Shown: positions 52,596 through 64,000 of the stretch, piece after piece | Numbering within the stretch: position 1 is the stretch's first letter | Layout of the letters: every line of letters begins with the position of its first letter | NCBI GenBank assembly: GCA_047495785.1 | Contig: JBLDXI010000015.1 | Coordinates: 2,976,001-3,040,000, forward strand | Origin: Lepidodermella squamata | Lineage: Eukaryota; Animalia; Gastrotricha | Direction of reading: 5' to 3' | DNA length: 64,000 nt | Made by a program: the position numbers and the translations under genes | The notes under the pieces: generated by a model | Told to the model about the DNA's origin: nothing | Databases searched by the model: none | The model's input: the letters and a program-made list of their open reading frames with translations, nothing else

Positions 52596-55500
52596 CTAGG
52601 GCATCATGAGAAAAGCGTTGAAAGCGCGCAACACGTAGATCAGTTCTGATTCGAGCCGGGCCTCGGCGATCATCAAGCTGATGTGCACCTTCTCCGAACT
52701 CTTGAAGTCGAGCAGCCAGCCGTTGAAGTCGTCGCGCGTGATGCGCTCCGGGTAGCACGCCGCCGTCTTCAGGTACGTCTTGAACTTCTTCGACACCAGC
52801 AACGCGTTTATGTGCTTGTAGTCGAAGTCGTCGTGCCGAATGCCGTACAAACAGTGGATGTAGTACCAGATGGCGCGGCGGAATAGCGCCGTATCAACAT
52901 TGGCACGGTCGCAAAAACTGAGAAAAATTGCAAAAAAAAATGAAAAAATCCACCTTAATTAGTTTAAAAACTCACGTTTTATAAGTCAAATTTTGTATCA
53001 CACGCAGCTTTTCATCGAGAACATCGCCAACATCTGCGTACAGCCGATTCGCTAATGAACACGCGCAATCTTGCCAGCTAAAATCCTGCAAAATAAAATA
53101 AACATTTTTGTCATTTTTCAGTAAATCCGAATTTTTTCCTTCAACTGTTTGCTCGCCTGAAAGCTTGATTTGCCAAACCGCATTCAATTAGGGGGCAAAA
53201 AAAACGCGGCTGAGCAAATAATGTCAATCATGAAAGTAAAAACTGTTCTGGCTCTCGTGTCCGCGGCCAGACACGCTACGAGCGATGATGATGGTTAGCA
53301 AACAAGAGCCACTCCCGCCAGCTCCGCGTCTGACACGAGATGGGCCATAATCTATCCTACTCTACGTCTACTCGTTTTCATCACGGTAAAATAATAATAT
53401 ATAGCGAAGGGCGCAAACACTCGCAAGGAGCCGAAACCTGGCCTAGTTTGCGACATTCCTACACACGTGACATAGACACAAGAAATGGCTCGCCGTTGTT
53501 GTTACCAGTTATTATCAATTATTCTATTAAGGTGGCAGCTGTGCGCGCACGGGTCATGAACGCGGGCGAATTTTTGCCGCGTCGTCTTTTTAGCCGCGCG
53601 TCCGCCTGACCAGGCCAAGACCTTTCTCTTCAGTAAGAGAGTGAGTGAGTCGGCTCAAGATTGGCATTACGCCATTTTACGAGACGGCGCATAACAAACA
53701 GACGGAACAACAACAACGAGCCGATTGAACCAACGGCACTGGCTTTACGGCTATTTACACGCAGCAATAATGTATCCATCTCTACACTACTGCGATATCG
53801 TTCGACAGCAGTTGCGCGGCACCGCGTGAAATGCGCCTGTTATTATGTGACCCCTCCTACTACTGAGCTATTGAATCACAGGGCGGATCTGCGCTAGTAA
53901 TGAGCCGATCTGCGATAATGAACTAGACAGCTGAAATCCACCTTAATAACGCGCATTAATCACACTACTGTCAATTCACTCGCGTAGACGATTACGCCGA
54001 TTTACGCATAATAATGAGCTCGTTAGTCAAGGTATACACTACAGCTCGAGAGTGAGAAGTATTTTATATATAGGTCAAATGACCAAATTAAAGGCGAAAA
54101 GGTCGAATTTAACAATCAATAATCAACAAATTTTCAGTATAAATCAGAGGAAAATTCTCGAAAATTCAGAATTTTTTTCAAAAAAATACCTGGGCTTTGA
54201 GCGGCGAGTAAGGCTGAATGGGCGTTTGGCCAGCAATCGAGCCGCGTCTGCTGCAGAAATCGACATAGTTCATCGGGGACGCGGCGTCCGAGTCGTCGCT
54301 CGGCGAGCCGTTCTGGCCGTTCGACGTCGAAAGAAAGCGTAGTACAACCGGACAGCGGCCGATGGCCATCGAAAGCGGGCCTGAAGTCGGCGCCTGCAGC
54401 TCGGCAGCCGCCGCTTCAACCTCCTGGAATTTAGCCGTCACTTCTTCCTGGTTCAGTTCCTCGTCGTTCTGCGACGTCTCCGTGAGTAGTCGCATGCGTT
54501 CGAGCACAACTTGAATCAACTCCTGCTGGTCGCCCGAGGCGCGATTCACGCTAGCCGACTGCCCAAGCGGCGCTTTATTGCCGCTGGGCGGGACTGATGA
54601 TAGCGTTGAGGCCGAGCTAACTCCCGTACTTGTCGCATCGGTTGATTCGGGCAGCGACGAGCCGAGTGAAAACACGCCGCCTGAGCTGCGGGGCGAGGGC
54701 GATTTCGGCGGTGACCGGTTCGAAAAATTGCCACAGTCATCACAGGGCGTACTTGATGGTGAATGGTTCGGCGAATGAGACAGAGCTGGAAAAAAGAACA
54801 AATTTTCATCATCAATTTTTGCGGTACAATTTTAGTTCAGCCGTCCCGCTTAAAATTCACGATTCACGAGCCATGGTGAAAAGGTACATGGAATTAATTC
54901 CAAGCACGGTTCAAAGTCCAAAACCTCTTTCGCGCGTGCGTGCGTGAAGCAATAATTTTAAACTCAGTGAATTTGAAAACGAGAACAAATTCGAAAATAT
55001 TGTCCTATTTTCAGGGTTGAACGAGCAAATTCGATCTCTATTTTTTCAGTCAACGAACCGGATTCAGGATGATCGAGTTCAGGATTGATACCGCAGCCGT
55101 AGACGAAACTAGATAGCGAGTGGAAGTGAGCGAGAATGACGAGGGCGTGGAAGAGCTCCGAGACAGACCACGGGTCCGAGCCCTTGGTCAGCATTTCGAT
55201 GTGCCGGCGGTCGATGGTCCACGGGCGGTGCGCCATCAGCTTGTTAATCAGCGACAGCGAGCGCAGCTTCGCCGGCGCGTAGCTCAGGCCCTTCAGCCAC
55301 GTCGCATCACCGCCGTGCAGCGTATATTCGAGGATGAGTTTATGCACCAGATAGCAGCAGTGGTGCCGGCTGGCAGCCTACAAAACAAACACGTCAGGTG
55401 AATCGCCCACCAGCATAGGCAGAAAAAAATCCAAGATAAACCTCTGTCTTAAACCCGTCTATCGCCAAGGGTAAAAAAAGTCTTATCTCAACGTTCTACT

Positions 55501-58425
55501 CAAGACACCGTGGCAATGGCAGAGGGTGTGGTAAGTGAGACAAAAAAGTGGGAATGTAGCGAAATTGACCTTAAACTGGACTTTCTTTTGAAAATTTCGA
55601 TCATCTTATATTAAGGTGGAGTTTTTAATTTTTTTTTAATTTTGTTTGAAATCGTGATTTTTCATATTTTAAGGTGGAATTTTTAATCTCGATTTTTTCA
55701 AATCTCTGGGCTTAAAAACCGTGATTTTTTTCCAATTTTTTATATCAAGATTATTTTTCATCTCAAGTTTGTGTTTTGTGTTAAGAATACGAACCATGAT
55801 GCCAATATAGAACCGATAATTGAGTGGAAGCGGGCCCTGGTCGCCGAGCATCAGGTAGACGTGGGCTTTGACGAACACCGCCAAGTATGACGGATGCATG
55901 GCCATGACACGTACGAATCTGTCGAGGCGGCCCGTGCGCGTGAATAGATCGGCGAACAGCGCGGCTGTAGGCGCCTGAAAACACAAGAAAAATACAATTA
56001 TTGATCAATACAAAACAGGCGACCAGGCATTGACGCGTGACACGTTTCTCCTCACCCTCTCTCTACAACAAGTTTTTGGCCCGAAAAAGCCACTCAGGCG
56101 TAATAATTTACATTGTTAGCGCTATTGCTGCTATCGCTGTTGTTGAAAACAGGCGACAGCAATGGTGAAGTATCAAAACTATGATCGCTCGCAGCAGAGT
56201 CAATTTGTTCTGAATTGTTCAGCTCGAGGTTTTGCAGAGGAAGTCGCATTTTTGCGTTAAAACTCGGCGGCGGGGCGACTGACGCCGAGCTGTGGCGGCG
56301 TTTCAGCTGCTGCTGCGCCGGCGGCGGGAACCAGCTCAAACCGGCGGATATGTCCATGATAACAACGGCAGACAATTACCGCATAAGTAAGGAGTTCAAG
56401 TGGAAATCAAATTAAAAGGCCAGTGTATTATCGTCTACATTAACATTAACGAGAAAATCAATGCTCCGCCGCATTACAATTCGATAATTCGGCGAGTGAG
56501 AATGAATTGAAGCCTTGTCACGCAAAGAAAGCGATTTTTTTTTAATAAAAACCGGGAGAGAAAATCAATTCTTTTGCTCATTACCCATGGGGCAACTCTA
56601 TTGATACGGCGAACAAGAGGAAGAGGAAAAAAAACTAATTTTCGCCGATATGTGGGAAAAAAATACTGACATTTGTCAGGCAGAATGATTTCGCAAGTTG
56701 AAGCGCAACACAGGAAGCAAAGCGAGGCGAAAAAACCTGAATTGGTAATCAGCGACCAGCCCAGCCACACCGGGCCCAGTGGTTGGTGAGGCGGAGTCGG
56801 AGATAACAAAAACAACACAAATTAGCGTTACATTAAAAAACCAACTCGACGCTTCAATAAAAAACCGAGTCACTATCGAGGGGTTGATTTGAAACAAAGC
56901 GCAACCTGGCACGCATTGCGAGTAATAAAAAAATAATACCAAGAGTTCATAAGAAGTGCGAAGACTCGCTACCAGGTATCAAATAACTCTTCATTTTTTG
57001 CTCGAGAACTCTGCAAGGATGACTGAGTCAGTAATGCACAGGGCACGGCTAAAATTACATTTTAATGCAAATTAACACGTGCCGCGGTTATTCAATAAAT
57101 TAGTAGAAGGGAAATTACACTTAAAGCCAGCAGATTAATGATGAAAAAAATACTGCTGTCGACAGTGAAGGATCGCCTCGCACTGCTTCTTACCTCACAA
57201 AGGTCGTGCTAGGAAAACCTCAGAGAGTACATACCCGCGCGTTTATAAAACATCGCGCCACAGGTAGGGGACGTTTTTTTGCGCCTATATATATAACAAG
57301 GCTTGCTGTCACGCCGCCGGCAAACATACATGCATACATAAAAAAAACGAGATAAAAAATACCCAATTGTTTTGATTTAGCCATATAGGCAAATATACGC
57401 GGCTTAGGATTTTTTCTGCGCCGTTTCCTAATAATGGATGCGGTAATGAAATAATTCCTAGGCATTATCGCGAATTGATTGCGTTGATGATGAGATTGAG
57501 AAGCGGCTGCAATCAAAATGGTAAGATAGTATCACCACTATCAGAAGATGCATTTGACTATGGGCTGAATCAGTTGGTTGTATACATCTGGGAGCAGAGC
57601 ACAAGGTCATGTGAGTGCACATTGCGGTGGGTGCGTTGTATAGAAATATTAATACGTGGATATTTAACACTTTCATATTGTCTTTATTTACACATGGCGC
57701 GTGTTTTTATTATCTAGCGCGCGCTCGTTTCTATGAGTAATTTACGAAGTACTAACGGTTCGATTTGAGAGTGAGTGAAGTGAACTAATTAATATTAACA
57801 ACAATAATAAGGAGATGGTACAAGTATGCACTTACCGCGTCTGACATTACCGACGACTCCGGGCACGCCAATTCGGACTCGGAGATAAAACTACTCGCGT
57901 CTAGTTTAAAAGGCCGCGGTACTTCAACTCCACTATTCTGTACACATAAACGGCAAATAAAAAATTAATGATTCAGCCGGTCGATATTAACTAACAACAA
58001 CAATGACTAACCTTTAAAACCTGGAATATTTCGGCACAATCGTCACGCGTTTCGATGAAGGGTGAGTCGTGCATCAACCGAAGCAGGCCGTAGATAACCT
58101 CTGACTGTGTTGAGTTTACCTGCGTCTGCGTTGAAAGCGCAAGAGGAGCTATGGAAGAGACCGCATCTCGGTGGACACCGTTTTGTCGTGGCAGTAGATG
58201 ATGTGAAACCGGTTGTTGTTGGTGGTGGTGGTACGGCTGAAGGACTTTTATTACGGCGTCGCGCGCCTCACGCCTCACATGAGCATCTCTGCTGCACATT
58301 GCGAATAGCAACCGTTGAACATGTTCACTGGGAACAGCAAGCATTTCGAACGGATTATTTTCCGGCGTCACCGCCGAGTTGTCAGTCGGAACGAATTTAC
58401 TCGCAGAGGATGCCGTGTTGAGCAT
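52596..58425 (-). CDS. SESN: Sestrin, multi-exon, long N-terminal isoform with a probable alternative first exon at 56113-56357
   Basis: GRLD...VMAMHPSYL, GPLPL.YR.YIGIMAASRHHCCYLV (redox Cys), INKLMAHRPW.I, WSVSEL.HALVILAHFHSLSSFV.GCG, DFSWQD, GIRHDDFDY (GATOR2-binding DD), SEKVH. Confidence 0.95.
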
Positions 58426-58688
58426 TTTGCATAAGTCTATTTAAATATAAATAATATTGACTATTCGAAGACAAAAAACACTTGAGGCGATGCGTTGTTG
58501 AAGAACGTGAACGCAGTAATTTGCTATATTGCGAAAAACATCAATAAAGCGGTCGATGGCGCAAGTGAATAACATCATACACACTTGAGCCGACCGCAAA
58601 ATTCAATTTTAGCGGGTAAGAAATAAAATCATACTTTATCGCATTATCGGAATGGAATTCCATATAATCAAACTAGAACATGCAAACA

Positions 58689-58699
58689 TGCTTAGTCAC
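58689..58699 (-). promoter_or_regulatory. Candidate antioxidant response element (Nrf2/CncC) upstream of sestrin
   Basis: GTGACTAAGCA on the minus strand matches RTGACnnnGCA, ~265 bp upstream of the sestrin ATG. Confidence 0.4.
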
Positions 58700-59382
58700 C
58701 GCGAACAGCGACAAATGCTGAAGGAATTCCACGATGTGAGTCACTGCTTACAGGGCAAAGAAACGCATAAAGAAACGCACTATCCAGGGTCGAACGGTCA
58801 AATGGAGTGCGAGAAAGATGATTAAACAAATAATAGCGACTAGGGAGAATGATAGGCGGACTCCATCGAAACTTTAAAAGCTATTTGGCGACACATAAAA
58901 AAAATAAAATTTTTGCTATTCAAGCAATCGCTCTCAAACAGAAGTTCTCAGTTGACTTTAAACTCCCGCTAAACAAGCAGTACATAAGATTTTGATCCCA
59001 TTTTTTTACGATTGAGGAGAAAGATTTATTCCTTCTACCATCGGGTTTAGGTTTCTCAGCATTCAATCTTAAATTCGATTTTAAAGGGTACACGAGGAAA
59101 GAGGGAGTCAATGAGTTACGAGTGTCTGAGAATGATAATTACATTTCTGGGCTTCAAGGTGAGAAAGGTGTTGCGGTATTTGAGCAAAATCCGTCGCTGA
59201 GGAGTCTTACAGCGTGTACATAACTCTCATCATTGAGTAAAGCCGGCCTGATTCCTTACACAAACATGACCATCGACCATTAAAAACCAAGCAATACCCA
59301 AAATAAATCATATTCAACGACGATGACTTATATCATCGAAAACAAGCCCGAAAAAATTTGAGAGTTACATATTGCAAAACAA

Positions 59383-59391
59383 TGATGCAAT
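59383..59391 (+). promoter_or_regulatory. Candidate ATF4/CEBP amino-acid response element in the sestrin-SCAF divergent region
   Basis: TGATGCAAT matches the TGATGxAAx consensus; short motif, could be chance. Confidence 0.3.
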
Positions 59392-60605
59392 CGCTACGCA
59401 ATTGACCCTTGACTATTGAACCATGAGGTTGGACGTTACACCTAAAATACTTCGATAAAGTATAGTGTCCAGTAGCTCATTACACGAGCAATGATAATGT
59501 AGGACATTTAGCTTTGAGGGCGCTCAAGTCGAGAGAACCGGTGACATTTAAATGACCATTGGCTCTACAGCGAGTAAAAACTACATGTTATATTTTATGT
59601 GAGCTTCACTATCCATCAAACAGAAGCTCCAGGTGTCCACAAGAACCATATCATCAAAACAGTCAATGGACAATGGATAACTATTTCAATTTCGACAGAG
59701 CTGGAATAAACGAGTACATTAAACTAGGTTTCCAGCATTATTTTGTCTTCAGACCCCTACAGCTGTAATCTAATCATTGCATTGCGGTAATATCTGATCT
59801 AGGGCACCGATAATGAAGTGGAGCAGAGCCAAAATATAATGCAGTCTGCGTCGTAGATCGACTGGTGAGATATGCCGGGTGGCTACGTTACGACAAAGGA
59901 ACAAAGGTTCGCCGGATCCTGTGCGATGCAAAACAGAAGAACAAAAGGCCGGTCAGCTGATTTCGCCGAAAACAAAAGCCTCCTTCTATGTTTTTACATT
60001 AAACTAGAATTAAGGACAAACGAAAACGATTTATGGTATACAATTTTATGATTGTGATATTTTTAGAAATCCAAAAAGTTCAAAAACAAATTATCATATA
60101 AAATGTTACTTTCGGCGTCCCACTTTTTTGCCGGCCGGCATCTCCTCGCCAAATGTGCAACGGTGTGATGGTGCAATGTGCGACTACTTCCTACTTCGTT
60201 ATGTTATTCTGGATACACTTTGGATGCTCTCTGCTCTTCGGTCGTGGCCCGTTGGCCTTTTCATATAAATTATTCGGATGGCCTGCATATGACAATTGTC
60301 ACTTTGGTAGAGAATGGTGATTATCTCGGACAAGTTATAACGTAAAAAAAATCAACAGCATCTAGCAAGTTTCTAATTTACCAGCTGCTATATGCTATGC
60401 TAATCGCTCAACTGGGCTCAACATAGCTATTCAATGACTAATCTTTTTTGTGATAAAATCGTAATTTCATTTAGCATTCAGGCTCCAAGAATTCTCTCTA
60501 AGAGAGTCGTTCAGCAAGTACATCTTGCTTCTCTTGTTTTCTCTTGTCTTGTGAAGTTTTGTTAACATTTTTGTTTGATTTTTCTTAGGGAATTAACAAC
60601 TAGAT

Positions 60606-63600
60606 ATGGAGGCTGTCAAGGCATTTCAGGCTGAGGTGAGTATATTGAATCAACTTGATCATTTTGTTATAAATTTGCCTACTTTATAGCTTACTTCCCT
60701 GTACGAAATGCGACCTCCTGTTTCTAAAGCCAAAATGGCATCTATTACGAAATCAGCTGTAAAAGCCATAAAATTTTACAAACACGTGGTGCAGAGTGTT
60801 GAAAAATTTATACAAAAGGTAACTACCACTTTCGTATATCACATGGCGCATTGATTAATCCAAATGATTTACCAGTGTAAACCTGAATTCAAAGTTCCTG
60901 GTCTCTACGTGGTCGATTCGATAGTTCGACAGTCTCGCCATCAGTTTGGCGGCCAAAAAGACGTCTTCGGCCCGAGATTCATGAAAAATATCTGTGGCAC
61001 ATTTCAAAATCTACTGAAATGTCCGAAGGATGACTTGGTTGGTTTTGACTTTTCAATCTTACGGAAATGTTACCATTAATCATTGCAGGAAAAAATAAAA
61101 CGTGTCCTGGTGCTTTGGCAGAAAAATAACGTTTTTCCGGCAGAGGTACTGCAGGTTCTGCTCGACTGGGTTAACGACCCGTCGAATCAAGTGATTCAAG
61201 AGAGAGCGAAGCAGCTCGTTCAAGCTCATTCCGGCGGCGAAGCGTCAGGTTCTCGCCACAAATCGAAGGAGCATTCAGAACCATATCAGCCTGGGGATGG
61301 CGACTCATTGGAATTTCCCGGTGACGACCAGCAGGATAGCCAGGTCTCCTCATCTGGCTCTGAAGTTGTTGCCAAGGTTACAAAGCATTTAATGCAAATT
61401 CAAAAAGTGAGCTATTCAAATTTTTAGCTAGATGATTTTAAATGTTGCATTTTCAGTCTCTTCAAAATGGTCCTCAAACTAACGCTTTAGTTGAACTTCG
61501 CCGATTGCAAGATGTTGTAAATAAGCACGGAAATTTACTCGCCGGGCTTGATTCCTCATTACTCGGTCAAATTCAAACAGTGATCGCTTCGCTGATGGAT
61601 AATTGTCGAAATGAGCAACAATCTTCAGATAAGAAACAGTCATCCGGAAAAAGCAAAGAAAAAGGAAGCGTCGATGCTACCAACTTATTTAACAAAAAAT
61701 TGCTCGATTATGATTACGGAGATAGCGAAGAAGAGCAGCAATCGACGAATGATAGCATGGATATTAGCGATGATGATAAAGATGGGTCGATACGAGGCCC
61801 AACTCCAGTTTTCGCTCAGCCTGATCTGCTTCTTCGGATTGAAGAGATTAATAGGACGTTGCAAAGGACAGAGCAGTTGGGGAGATTGCAACAAGAACGG
61901 GAGCAAAATATGAAAATGATGCTCATGCAGCAATTGCCGCCTCCTTTACCTGGATTCGGGCCACCGAACTACCCACCACCGAGTAATTTTCCGTTAACAG
62001 GCCATCCACCTCCACTTTTAGGACCAGGACCGCCTTATCCGCCGTATCAGGGCCCGCCTGTTCCGCCGTTATTACCCGGTGCGCCGCTGCCACCGCCGTT
62101 ACTGGGTCCTGATACCCGGCCATCTCAGAAAAATTCGAAACACCAATCTCGACGTTACAGATCTCGATCGCGTTCCCGTTCTTCTAGATCTAGGTCAAGA
62201 TCTCGATCCCGCTCGTCCCGGTCTAGATCACGGTCCTACTCGCGGTCTAGGTCCAGGTCTAGATCGAACGATCGTAGACGGAGTCGCCGTTACTCAAAAT
62301 CTCGATCCCGATCGCGATCGAATTCTCGCGAACGTCGCCAGAAAAACGAAAGGGAACGCCGGAAGCGTGGCATGCCGCCAGCGCGAGATAGCTGCGTCTC
62401 AATCGCTTCGACAACGATTTGGATCGGTCACTTATCGAAACATACCCGAGAAGCCGAGCTACGACAGCATTGTGAAGACGCGACCCGGGGCGGCCAAGTT
62501 GTTTCTATCAACCTGATCACACCACGAGGCTGTGCTTACGTCACCTTCAACGACCGGCGAGATGCGCAAGTTGCAATTGACGAACTTCAGGGCGTTAAAA
62601 TTCAGGGATTTGCCGCGCGTGTGGAATGGGCGCAGGGCAATGGCGTGAAGGGCGAGGAATTTAAGGAGGCTTGGGACAAGAAAAACGGTGTGACTTACAT
62701 TCCGTGGGAGCAAGTTGGCGAATTTGATTTGCTGAGGCTCGCCGAGGGCGGTGTTGTCGATGAAGACACGCTGCCCGAGGGTATTCGTGACAAATTTATG
62801 GCGGAGTATGAAAAATTACAGGAGGAGAAGCGACTGGCTGAGGAGTTAGCCGAAGAGCGGGCTAGAGCCGAGGCGTTGGAGCGAAGTCGCCGTGGCTCTG
62901 AGGAGGAAACTGCTAGTTTTGAGGAGGGTAGCTACCGGGGTCGGGGTGGCTATCGAGGTGGCTATCGAGGCCGGGGTGGGTTTGGTGGTCGCGGCAGAGG
63001 AGGGGCGAGGTTCCAACAAACTGAGATCGGCCCAGTTGAAGAGCCGCCTCAAATTCGACTTCAAACCGATCTGCCCCTGTTACCCCAGGCGCAAGTTCAA
63101 TCCGCTGGCCCGGCTTTGATTCAGGTCCCGCCTCAGCCCTTGCTACCATTACTAGCCCAGCCGCAGATCAGCCAACCGCCTGCGTTATTCGCAACACCCC
63201 GGTTGCCTGGTTTGACGTTACCGGCTCAATTGACTGGTCTACCCCAGCCGCCTCAACCACCGCAACAGCAACAAAACCCGACAAGGCCAACCGGGCCGGG
63301 TTTGTTGGCTGTTCAACAAGCTATCGCTGCCGGGTCGTTATCAGCCGAGCAGCAGCAGACGATTTTAGGCGAGAAGGAGAAATCGAATTCGCAACAACAG
63401 CAAGACAATAGACCGTCGTCTATCGAGCAATTTCTGCAACAACAGCAGCAATTACCCCAGGCTGGTCAACCCTTCATTTTACCGGGTGGACCTGGGCAGG
63501 GTCCGCAGATTTTGCTGCGGTTACCGAATGGAAATCCGGGCCAGTTGCAGCTCCAGCCGCAAATGCCGATGATCGATGTTGTGACGGCGATGGCGCAGCT

Positions 63601-64000
63601 GAGGCAACAGGCTGAGGCGAGGCAGTTGGCCCAGCAGCAGGCTCAGGTGCAGCAGTTGCTTATTCAAAGGCTTCAGTTGCAGCAGCATCAAGAGGGTCAG
63701 ATGAATTTGATTCGACATTTGCAGCAGCAACAGCAATTGCAACAACAACAGCAACAGGCGCAGATTCAGGCGAGTCAAAACCAGCCGGGTGGTAGCAATG
63801 ACCAGGATGATAACGACCCGGACCAGGACGAGGCGGAGGAGGCGTATCGGCAAATGATGGCCGAGGAAGAGGCGGAGGAGCAGCGCAAGTTGCAACAGAG
63901 CCAGGCGACGGCGCAAATTCAGCCCGGCCAGGCGATTGACATTCAACGGGCTATGATGTTGGCGCAGGGTGGGGCCCAGAACCCGGTTGACTGGCAGCAG
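60606..64000 (+). CDS. SCAF4/8: SR-related CTD-associated factor SCAF4/SCAF8 (CID, RS domain, RRM, Gln-rich), 3' end beyond the window
   Basis: MEAVKAFQAEL..LYE.RPPVSKAKM..ITK.A.KAIKFYKHVVQSVEKFI.KCKPE.KVPGLYVVDSIVRQSRHQFG; RS repeats ~62150-62320; RRM STTIWIGHL...PRGCAYV; GVTYIPW. Confidence 0.95.

Noticed and set aside
60128-60200. GGCCGGCA...CTCCTCGC resembling the start of an HDV ribozyme
   Set aside because: No downstream P1/P2 complementary strands, so the nested pseudoknot cannot be built.
62140-62330. TCTAGA/TCTCGA/TCGCGA repeat-like tract
   Set aside because: Explained by the Arg-Ser domain coding sequence of SCAF4/8.
1-64000. tRNA, rRNA, snRNA or SL RNA genes
   Set aside because: None recognisable by eye; tRNAscan-SE or Infernal would be needed to exclude them.

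Overview
Eukaryotic (metazoan) genomic DNA from a compact, gene-dense genome with mostly ~45-65 nt GT-AG introns. A TTAGGG tract suggests a non-nematode, non-insect invertebrate (inference). From left to right the window holds two tandem astacin-EGF-CUB proteases (-), a signal-peptide ankyrin-repeat gene (+), a collapsed GABA-B-like class C GPCR pseudogene (-), HCCS, MLX, MIS18BP1/KNL2 and an SLC26 transporter (all +). Next comes a minus-strand run (MBOAT7, ORMDL, V-ATPase E, F-box/LRR) divergent from a plus-strand run (MARCH6, akirin, PSAT1); PSAT1 has two large insert-filled introns. The window ends with an interstitial telomere-like tract, sestrin (-) and the 5' part of SCAF4/8 (+). The main unexplained signals are three: (1) operon-like junctions with a poly(A) signal only ~35-50 nt upstream of an apparently unpaired 3' splice site before the next gene, suggesting polycistronic transcription with SL trans-splicing; (2) a strand-independent 10-mer, TTAAGGTGGA, with 12 exact copies confined to 26-56 kb, often inside tiny introns with periodic A/T tracts; (3) a secreted ankyrin gene head-to-head with the astacin pair. 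Exon boundaries and homologies were read by eye, without database searches.
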